Shown here one piece after another: positions 53,976 to 64,000 of a stretch of DNA of 64,000 bases. The notes beneath the pieces are model-generated. The model made no database searches. It saw only the letters and a list, made by a program, of their open reading frames with translations, and was not told where the DNA came from. The stretch is taken from the NCBI RefSeq assembly GCF_009914755.1, contig NC_060927.1. One strand, written 5' to 3'. The position numbers and the translations under genes are program-made. This stretch comes from the human T2T-CHM13v2.0 reference genome, Homo sapiens. The number at the start of each line of letters is the position of its first letter. Position 1 is the first letter of the stretch.

Positions 53976-54738
53976 TAACCGTCATAACTCAGTAAATGTT
54001 TGTGTGTGATCCAATGACACTTGAGTTTATTTTTTGAAGTTATGAGTTAGATTAATTTTTAAAAGCAGGTATTTACTTTTAATTGATCATCTTAATATAT
54101 TCTTCAACTAAGATAATTAAAAATGCTAACTTTTAATCCCAGTACACCAGATAAACCTTCACAGAGTGTGTATATGGTCAGCTTGACCCACCAGTTCATC
54201 TTTCCCCCTAGCCCATTGATAACCAGCATAGTACACAAAGAGGACCTCCATAAATATTTATTGAATTAAATAAACCTATGAATGTTGCAAGAAGTCAGCA
54301 CCTGTTTGGAGGCAAAGATTAAACGATTTGCCAAACCTCAAGAATGTATTTATACAATGCATAACATACATTATGAGTGCTACTTGTTCATAACAAAATA
54401 ATTTCCTTTAAATTATGAAATGTAAAAGTAACTAGAAATATTAACCAAATAAGAAATAAAATAACGAAAATTAATAATGAACATTCTAAACTCTGATTTA
54501 AGAGTTATAACAACCTTCCTAAGGTAGCCAAGTGATATTCATCTTTTTTCCCACAGTGCTCATTCATTTAATCATTCAAAAAATAGCTGCAGAATGCTAC
54601 ATACACAAAAAGTACTGATACAATCTCAAATATCCTTCTGATTAAATTCTGTAACCTTGGCATTGGCTGTGTATATATTACACACACACACAGAGGCACA
54701 TATATACGTGTACTTAGTTTCTTTAACTAAAAGGCTAC

Positions 54739-54861
54739 CTATTCAGGATGAACTTGTTTTCCCAGCACCTACTGTTATCATGCCTCCTGTCTTGTACATT
54801 CCTTGAGTGCATCTTGCAAAACGGCCTTGTATTTCAAGCTATGTTTTTTTTTTTTTTAAAT
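54739..54861 (-). pseudogene. Possible pseudo-exon with slipped A-run
   Basis: tatgttcag acceptor; A14 run then KHSLKYKAVLQDALKECTRQEA**; donor TAG|gtagcc. Confidence 0.4.
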
Positions 54862-55084
54862 CTGAACATACTTATGTTGGGAATAAAGTTTAAGGGGAAA
54901 ATAGCATTTAAAAAACATTTTTTACTGCAATGTGAACAAAATCCAGGATAAGAAAAAAGAGCAAAATATGATTTTCTTGCAGGTCCATTCTGCTTAATCT
55001 CAGTGTTGGAATTAAGAGATACAACTTATAGAGAACACACACTGCTGCACCGGCCTGTAGAGAGTTAGAGCAGACTTGACGTAC

Positions 55085-55192
55085 TGGTGGGTTGAAAAAT
55101 CTGTCTCTGCCATGTGGGCAGAACCAGTTTCTTCTCTAGATGTCTCCTTGGCATTTTGTGCCCCATCAACCCTGGCTGCGTCTATTCCATTT
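55085..55192 (-). pseudogene. Exon (108 nt, phase 2-2) with intact splice sites
   Basis: atcttttttgcctag acceptor, CA|gtacgt donor; NGIDAARVDGAQNAKETSREETGSAHMAETDFSTH. Confidence 0.65.
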
Positions 55193-56142
55193 CTAGGCAA
55201 AAAAGATTAAATATAGCTTAAGTATCTTATGCTATATTCTCCAAAGAATAACCTGAGAAAACAATATATATCCTATATATTCGTAACCTGTTATTGAGAT
55301 ATACACAGAATAATTAGTTGCTTATTAAATTTTGCTAAGACTGAAATAATGCATTGTAACCATGTAAACATGAAATATTTGTCAAAGTGCACAAATGAAG
55401 TGGAAAATGATTACCATCTATAGTCATTTAAAAAGGAAGTCTAGTCATTAACAAACTTCTTGATAATTCACAACTCAATCAGGCACAGAAAATAATAAAG
55501 TAGTAAGATAATGTGATTCTGATTTAGGGAGATTTAAAAAATGAGAATGGTTTATTATAGAATTTAGTAGTAAAACTCAGTGTCTAATTTCAAATAATTT
55601 TGACAACTAGTTGTAGTTCCAAACAACTAGTTGTAGGGATAATAATAACTTTCTCAAAAATTTTTAGTAAAATTTAAGTTAAATAACACAAGTGATGCAT
55701 GTGGTTCAATACTTATCACATTGTAGTGCTTGATATAATATTCTAAGATGAAATCATAAAATCAAAATAAAAATAGTGTTTATGTTTGAATGTTTGGATT
55801 ATAATTTTCTTGGGTTTTTAATAATTTTCTATAAAATAAATTTGTGCTAATGTTTGTCTAGTTCGCAACGGCCCAATACTTTGGAGTTGTAATAGTAACC
55901 ATGTAATTGCAGAAAAGGTGAAAATATTGGTTGTGGCCTCTTGTATAATTCTCAATGGTTGTTTCATAATTTGTATCTATCTTGAGACCAATGAAAAGTG
56001 GAAATTAAAAGTATATAAAATGTACAATTTTATTACCTAGAAAGTTTTCTGCTTTCTGTACGTATATCCTTTCATAGCCCTGAGTGATCAACACTAGGGA
56101 GAGGGTCATGATCTGGCTGACAGAATGAATTATTTTTATAAG

Positions 56143-56509
56143 TGTCTTAGTTCATTCCTACTGATGTAACAAAATACCATTGACTGGGTAACTTATAAAC
56201 AACAAACAATTTGTTTCTTATAGTTCTGCAGGCTGAGAATTCCAAGATCAAGACACCGGCAGATTTAGTGTTCAGTGAAGACCACTCTCTGCTTTCAAGA
56301 TGGCACCTTGATGCTGTGTCCTCACATGATGAAAGGGAAGAAAGGTTAAAGGCACGAATAGCTCCCTCAAGCCTCTTTTATATGATTATTAATCTCATTT
56401 ATGAGGACTCTGCCCTTATGACATCCTAAAAGCCCCACCTCTTAATACTTTATATCAGTGATCATGTTTCAATTTATGAATTTTATGGGGACATATTCAG
56501 ACCGTAGCA
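56143..56509 (-). mobile_element. MST/MLT1A-type MaLR solo LTR
   Basis: tgtcttagttcatt...tccaagatcaagacaccggcagatt; TSD ataag. Confidence 0.85.
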
Positions 56510-56875
56510 ATAAGGGTTGGAGAAATCATTTAAATTAAATAATATATAGATTGATAAAAGAAATACCTTGAATATATGAATATTTACTATACATTTATCT
56601 TTAAGGCATTCTCTTTTCTTGCACTTTTACAATAAATAGTGAATGATAACTTTATGTTCTCCTTATTTCTTGTTTTAGTCAGCCCTAACTCTTCTCACCT
56701 CTCATTTCAAACCACCCCCCGATCACAAGCAAAAACTATAACAATAAAAAAAAGTCAGACTTTGTTGCCCTTGTCCCAGAAGGGAGTTATCACAACTTCT
56801 TTTCTTTGTATTCCACTGCTAGTTATTTAAAATTTCTACTGGAATGAGAGAGATTACTTTGTTCTAGGATCTCAC

Positions 56876-57205
56876 CTGAGACAAAAACCCTGGTAACCAT
56901 AGCAGCATTGCCATCCAATCTCTTGAATCCACAACAAAATGTAGCTAGAAATGCTTAGTGCAGTCTCCCAAGGCAAACATTGCTGTGATGAGTGACAAAT
57001 TGAAACAATGGGAACTGCTCCTGTTGCCATGGAAACAAGCCTTTCCATCTGAGTGGTTTCATCCCAGTATTCACAATCTAAAGCTTTGCAAAGGTATGCT
57101 AGACTTAACTCCCCTACTGGTTAGCACTCTCTACCAGACTAACACTGCTGAGATGACTGACATGAAAAAACAATAAGGGCTACTCCTTATTGCCATAGTA
57201 ACCCA
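56876..57205 (-). promoter_or_regulatory. RFX X-box cluster; candidate promoter/first exon
   Basis: GTTGCCATGGAAAC 57023-57036, GTAACCATAGCAGC 56893-56906, ATTGCCATAGTAAC 57189-57202; minus-strand donor CAG|gtgaga at 56876/56875. Confidence 0.6.
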
Positions 57206-57461
57206 TGTTTCCAGTAATTTGCCTTGATGGAAAGTTAAAAGAGCTGTGTAGCAGATGTCTACCATACCAAAATCAAATGACAGTTAAAAAGAATAAATGT
57301 GATAAGTTCCTTGGAACTTAAATGCATACCTATTGGGGTAAGTGTCAAGGAGGGTTGTGTTTTCTAAAAAAATTATACATGCTACAATACTTCAGTGAAT
57401 CACAATTTAGATCATGAAGCACTGGAAGAAAATATGTTTATCCTCCTGCAAAGACATTTAC

Positions 57462-57551
57462 GTAAAATACAATGAAGTTCTCTGAAGAGAATTAGCAAGC
57501 ACTGAGTTTTTAAACACTGTTTTCTTTGGCAGTCTTTTGAAGGAAAGGACT
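57462..57551 (-). pseudogene. Pseudo-exon (90 nt)
   Basis: tgtcgttcaacag acceptor, AC|gtaaat donor; two frames open, of which phase 2 (VLSFKRLPKKTVFKNSVLANSLQRTSLYF) matches the 55192 exon. Confidence 0.5.
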
Positions 57552-58444
57552 CTGTTGAACGACATAATACAGGTATCTCAGTTGAATTAGCTGGCATATT
57601 TGTAACTAACCAGATATTGAGATGGCATTTGATTAGCAAAATTGTAAAGTTAAGGTGAATTCATGATCCGCACTTAAAAATTAAGATGAAAAACAGATTT
57701 TAAAAAATGCTTCCTGTGTAATGGATTATCTCAGGATTTGGCAATAACTTGATATATGAGACAGATATTGTAATAATTAACCCCACACAAATTGAGGCAA
57801 TGGGCATTCTGAGAATAATGGAGAAACTGAGCCTTCATCTTGGACAGCTGGGTTCTATTATTTTTATTTTACTGCCACACTTCAATCTACACAACATGTA
57901 CTTACTAAATATCCTTAGATAATTTAACCAAAGTGTAATTTTGGTCCTAATTAAGTGAATCTATAGTTCCAGATGCCATAGGCCATAGCTATATATACAT
58001 TCTCTCTTTTTCACTGTGATATGCTCTGTAGTCATGAATGTGGAGCAGATCACAATTTCTCCTAGGACTAATGTTATGACTGGACTTTGAGTTCTAATCA
58101 ACTAATATGGAGTAGCATGGAGTAAGTCAGAGCCTAACTTATCAGCCTACCAGATAGGCAGGTCTAAAACCCATAGCGCTCCAAGATGAAGGGAAATTGA
58201 ATTAAAATATGTTATTAGTCCTTCGAAATGTGCATAAAGCACAATATGTATTAGTTACTCAGGATATCTCGTATACCACAAATTGTACCAACAGCTTCCA
58301 TAAAACTACAGGGCCATCAGTATGAACTACTGAAAATAAATGGGTCAACCAGTATTTATATGAATGAAATATTTTCAAAATAATTGTACAGGGATATAAA
58401 TGATGAGTTTGGGTACCTGTTCTAAAATTTACTAGCTATATGAT

Positions 58445-59320
<876 letters not shown>

Positions 59321-59328
59321 ATATATAC

Positions 59329-59429
59329 ATGGGTATTGTATTGTTTTGGTTCCTCGTGCTGCACTGGACTCAATGACACTTTATTTTGTAAGCAAGCTGC
59401 CATCAGACTTTGAATTTCTTCAAAGCCCT
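59329..59429 (-). pseudogene. Pseudo-exon (donor uncertain)
   Basis: tgttttcaaag acceptor; only the phase-1 frame is open: EGFEEIQSLMAACLQNKVSLSPVQHEEPKQYNTH. Confidence 0.6.
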
Positions 59430-60197
59430 CTTTGAAAACATTTGAAACAAAATATATTAACCCCCAAATCCAGAAAATTGAAAAATTGAAATGAGTCAAT
59501 ATCTAATGAAATGTCTACGAAAACACAAAATCCACTTTTCTTGATTGGTGGTAAAATTAGTATTTGTAAAGAATTTTCACAATTGAAAATAATATGTATA
59601 ATGCATTTTTCTCTGTTTATAATAATTTCTGAATATGTAGGATCCAGGAACCCAAAGAAAATTTTAAATTTAATTAGTTACTTGTAGCTACATTATTTCA
59701 CATGAAAGTAATGCAAATTCTTGCATTTAAAAATATTCACAAAATTATGGAAATTGAGTGCTTTAAAATGTGTTTGATAATATGTGAGTTGGGGATTCCA
59801 GAAGCTAGAGTGCTCACAGCTTTATAAGACAGCCTTGGGTATCCTTTTTGAGAGATGGTACAGAGATAGTGCCATCTCAAAGATTTTTAGGAGTAAATTT
59901 GACTATACTTGTTCTTCTTCTCACATACTAAGTTAGAAATGACGGTGTAAGATGTGACTCAGCTCTGTCTCTATCATGGCACTCCTGTGTCTGCCATTAC
60001 AGTTATTTATGTTTGCTATGACATTTTTATAATCTTTTCCCATTCCTATTATTTAATTCCTCCTCTTTTAAATTATGTTTAGTGTTTATAGTTTAGATCC
60101 AAGTTGCTGGGCTTTTAACAATGTAACTGGGTTGACAAAATGCACATAGACTTAAATGTGCAGGAAAATTATAGCTTAATTATTTTACGTAACTTAT

Positions 60198-60874
60198 CTA
60201 AACTTTTTCACAGGCTCTCTTCCTCTGGGCAAGGGGAAAAAACATGTTGCTGATCAGCAATATCTCAGCATTTTCCAGTTTTAATAGTATCTTTCAGTTC
60301 TAAATAGAATCTCTTTGATAAATATTCAGTCAGATTTGAAGCCAAGTTCCTATCAGGGCTGCTTCTATTTTCTCCCTCATCCTTCCCCAAGATGGTATCT
60401 GGATGTAAATGAAAGATCTTCATTGTGTTTCATGGGGGAGAGCTGTCTGGGGTTCTACCTGGTGTTGGACTCTTCTCAAAAGTGGCTAATCTGGTATTTG
60501 TGTGTTCACTGGTAGTGTCCGCTGAGTTGCAGTTATCTTTATTCATAGACAATCAGTTATTTCCGCTGCTATAGTCTATGGCTGGTGACCTTGTGGTCTG
60601 ATCTTTTAGCTCAGTATTGATTACTGAGTCCCACTTCAGTAATTGTTGCTGTTACAGAACCATCCTGAAGTTTGCTGGTGACTGCCACTGAGCCTCATCC
60701 TCATGGTCAACCTTATCATTCTTAGATACAATGCCACTCTGGCCATACTGTTCTTAATAGTGAGTGAGTCATTTTGGGGACACCCCCCCAGCTCAATGTC
60801 TTACCTCACCATTTTCAACTTGTAATCCAAATCACAAAGTTCTCTATAATGTTTTTCTTTCTCTTTACATCTTT
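60198..60874 (-). pseudogene. Large decayed pseudo-exon with dead donor
   Basis: gtttgagtttag acceptor; ERCKEKEKHYRELCDLDYKLKMVR*... then a long frame with few stops ending DIADQQHVFSPCPEEESL*KSL; TAG|ataagt in phase 1. Confidence 0.62.
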
Positions 60875-60978
60875 CTAAACTCAAACACAATTTCTGTTTT
60901 TAAAAAATGAAAAACACACACGCACACAGAAGCTAACTTAAGTTTTCACAACTCCATTGAACAAGATAACTTTTGCAA

Positions 60979-61340
60979 TGTCTTTTAGTTCATTTAGGCT
61001 GTGTAACAAAATACTGGATAGCTTATGAACAACAGAAATGGATTTCTCACAGTTCTGGAGGCTGGGAAGTTGGAGACCAAGGCACCAGCAGATTTGGTGT
61101 CTGGTAGGGAGCTGTTTTCTGGTTCACAGGTGGTAACTTCTTGCTGTTTCTTCTCATGGTGGAATGGGCAAGGCAGCTCTCTGGGGTCTATATTATAAAG
61201 GAATTAATCTCATTCATGAGAACTCCATCTTCATGACCTAATCACCAACCAATGGCTGTCCTTATAATACCACCACCTTACAGGCTAATATTTCAACATA
61301 TGAATCTGGGGGAGGGGCGAAGTCTTTAAGGCTCATTATA
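60979..61340 (-). mobile_element. MLT1A/MSTD-type LTR
   Basis: atttctcacagttctggaggctgggaagt...catgacctaatcacc. Confidence 0.85.
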
Positions 61341-61454
61341 ATCCATTTATCAATACTTCTTATCTTAGGCATGGTACGTTACAGTTAGTTTTGAAGTAAG
61401 AGGCTCTATTCTTTTGGATACTTGTGCTTGTGTGCAGGAGAGAGAATGACTTAC

Positions 61455-61490
61455 CCAAGCTGTGCCAATCATATTCTTTTTCCAAAGGTG
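61455..61490 (-). pseudogene. Small pseudo-exon (36 nt; acceptor may lie at ~61507)
   Basis: Donor TGG|gtaagt; phase-1 PLEKEYDWHSL joins ERCKEKE. Confidence 0.5.
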
Positions 61491-61593
61491 CTATGATGCA
61501 GCCCTTACTTATAATTCAGAGGAAGAAAGAAGAATGATTACTAGTGTAAAAAACAAATAAAATAGAAACAAAATATTTTTATGTTCCACATAC

Positions 61594-61720
61594 CTTTCCA
61601 TTTCTCGTTCTCATTATTTTCTGTAGCGTTGCTACCTCCTCACTTTTGGACAATGAAAAATACTTTGGATCTTCATAGTAAATGACTATTATATTTCCAT
61701 ATGCTAGCTCAAGTTGATTT
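61594..61720 (-). pseudogene. Pseudo-exon (127 nt)
   Basis: tatatcag acceptor, AAG|gtatgt donor; open frame NQLELAYGNIIVIYYEDPKYFSLSKSEEVATLQKIMRTRNGK. Confidence 0.6.
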
Positions 61721-61787
61721 CTGATATATTTAATTAAAGAATGAATTAACACATGTATGAGGTTTGTTTCTTTCATGACCAAATTAC

Positions 61788-62593
61788 CTGACCAAAAATA
61801 AAATAAAGATTTTGATCTTTAGTTTTGGATGCTATAAATGAACATCAAACAAAAATGGTTCTGAGATTTTAGAGGAAGGATCATCTCAATTTGTAGCTCA
61901 GAAGTGTGACAACTCAAACTAGTCTTCTTGCAGTTGTAGCGATGAATAGAATCTTGTTTCTTCATATGAGTCTACACACTGCCAGCTTCATATTACCATA
62001 TTGAGTAATTTAAACAGTTGCTACAGTTGCATCAGAAGAGAACATCAATTTCTATTGACTGACATTAAAAAGTTATCTGTTTGATTAGTATACTAGTGGA
62101 TATTTTGCTTTAAATGCTGCTGGTATTTTTAAATCAAAATTGCTGTATTATCTTTTATTTTTAATTGGAATCTTAGCAATATTTTCCAGCTGTCTTGAAA
62201 TACTGATGTTGGTACCTATTAGCTTTTCTTATTTGCATCCATTTCATTTTTTCAAGTTGCTGCATCTCAATTCTTTAGAAACAGTTTCCTCCTCATTTCA
62301 TGAAGACTTTGTGAGACTGCCAACCTAGGTATGCTAGCTTGCTCTGAGACAGTCCATTGGATCCTGTTCTTTAGATCCTGATGTCGTTTCTGAACTTCCT
62401 AAGCCCTTTGCTAATTTTCCTTCAAACTTATAAGTTACACCATATTCTTCTTCAAAATGTCTTCTATGGGAAATACTATTCTACTGTTTCCAATCAAAGA
62501 ATGCTAATAAATAAAGCCTATCAATCCTTGATCTGTTAATTCATTATCATGCTTTAATTCTTTTTAATTAATTCTTTTTGTCAATGTCCAAGT
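61788..62593 (-). pseudogene. Large decayed pseudo-exon (~800 nt)
   Basis: ttttttccttttcaag acceptor, CAG|gtaatt donor; HRRHFEEEYGVTYKFEGKLAKGLGSSETTSGSKEQDPMDCLRAS*HT*VGSLTKSS*NEEETVSKELRCSNLKK*... Confidence 0.62.
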
Positions 62594-63554
62594 CTTGAAA
62601 AGGAAAAAATACAATGAAACACCAAAATACAGGTAGGTTTCACCACAGTGTTTAAAGTGTTGAAAGTAGAATTATTTCAAATTGTTTAAAATAATAAAGA
62701 ATAATCAATATGATTTTCTGATAAATACTTTTTCATATAAAAAATTCTGTCATCCAAAATTACTCAACCTAATGCATATAGATTTACATGTATTTTTCCT
62801 GTCTTTTATAGCCTCATGAGAACTATTTTATGCAATCATACAAATATTTATAAATGTCTAAGAGTTACATAAAGCACTTATGTAAGTTTTAAAATATTGG
62901 AATAATATTTATACATACATAAAAGGGAAGAAACACATTTTTGCATACAAATGTATGTTGTTGCTTTATGTGAGTGTGTATATGTGTGAGTGAATATGTG
63001 TTCCTGCTCTATATTTGTTCCAAGTTACTTTTCATAAGTCGTCCCTTGACTACTCTGGGCTTCATATGATAGGTAGGGCTTTTAAACTATTTTAATTTTT
63101 AGGAAGAATTTTGGTGCTATCCATAAATAGCAAAATAGAATAGTCAATCCTTATATATTCATCACCCCAAACTGAGAATCAGCAAACAATGGCTAATTTG
63201 TTCCTATGGATTCACTCATCAACTCTTACCACTTTTGTAACACTTTGAAGTGAATCCCAGTCGTATATGCTTCCTCTATAAAGTGTATATTGGTTAAATG
63301 AAGGAATGTTATTCTTCTTTTAAAATAATCACAACATCATTATTATATCTAAAAACAAATTGGGGTTTTATTTCTGGTAAATGAGGGTAATATCAGGCCT
63401 ACCCTCCTGATGAAATAATTACAGACTTCGGACAAATAACTGAAAAACAATTGTTTGAAGGCATTAAAGAGACACCAGAAGCAGAAAGAAACAGAAAGAA
63501 TTAGAGTCCTTGAAATGAAAAAAGTAAACTAGGTACAATCCACGTTTAACCACC

Positions 63555-63969
63555 AGCTGGCAATGTGGAGACTCATGTGAAGAAAAGAGATTCTATTCAT
63601 CTCTACAGCTGCAAAAATACTAGTTTGAGTTGTCACACTTCTGTGCTACAAATTGAGATGATCCTTCCTCCAAAATCTCAGAACCACTTTACTTCTTTTT
63701 TTTTTTTTTTGAGACAGTCTTGCTTTGCCGCCCAGGCTGGAGTACAGTAGCACTATCTTGACTCACTTCAACCTCTGCCTCCCAGGTTCAAGCAATTCTT
63801 GTGCCTCAGCCTCCCAGGCAGCTGGGACTACAGGCATTTGCCATGCCTGGCTAATTTTTGTATTTTTAGTAGAGACGGAGTTTCATTATGTTGGCCAGGC
63901 TGGTTTCAAACTTCTGACCTCAAGATATTTTTCTTTGATGTTCACTTGTAGCATCCAAAAGTATAGGTC
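63555..63969 (+). repeat. Inverted duplicate of ~61814-61987, split by an Alu
   Basis: Manual alignment: 11 mismatches over the first 132 nt; match resumes at ~63927. Confidence 0.92.
63696..63925 (-). mobile_element. Alu (S/J), 5'-truncated
   Basis: Poly-T, right arm and part of left arm. Confidence 0.9.
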
Positions 63970-64000
63970 GGGGTCCATTCCAAGATGGCTGAATAGGAAC
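63970..64000 (+). mobile_element. Start of L1PA 5'UTR
   Basis: ccaagatggctgaataggaac matches the L1PA 5' terminus (CCAAGATGGCCGAATAGGAAC). Confidence 0.8.

Noticed and set aside
61455-61720. PARP-like reading MKIQSIFHCPKVRR*QRYRK**EREME...EKEYDWHS
   Set aside because: That frame has six stops while another frame of the same exon is fully open; downstream catalytic motifs are not seen.

Overview
AT-rich, repeat-dense primate (hominoid-type, probably human) genomic DNA. It carries AluJ/S/Y, L1PA/PB/M, MaLR/ERVL/ERV1 solo LTRs, MER DNA transposons, MIR and L2. I find no intact protein-coding gene, and most track ORFs come from Alu, L1 or MER52 sequence. The main signal lies in the unique gaps between repeats: about 20 minus-strand segments with splice acceptors/donors, exon-like lengths and protein-like reading frames. 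Many join in compatible phase (mostly phase 1), but they carry scattered stops, frameshifts and dead donor sites. I interpret them as a large decayed multi-exon gene (intron-containing, possibly unitary, pseudogene) spanning the whole window and extending past both ends. I cannot name it. Associated features are an inverted duplicate of one exon segment that has sense codons where the exon has stops, a cluster of RFX X-boxes with an adjacent donor (candidate germ-cell/cilia promoter), and an L1 5' end whose antisense promoter would point into the exons. Repeat subfamily names are from recalled consensus features, and boundaries are approximate.
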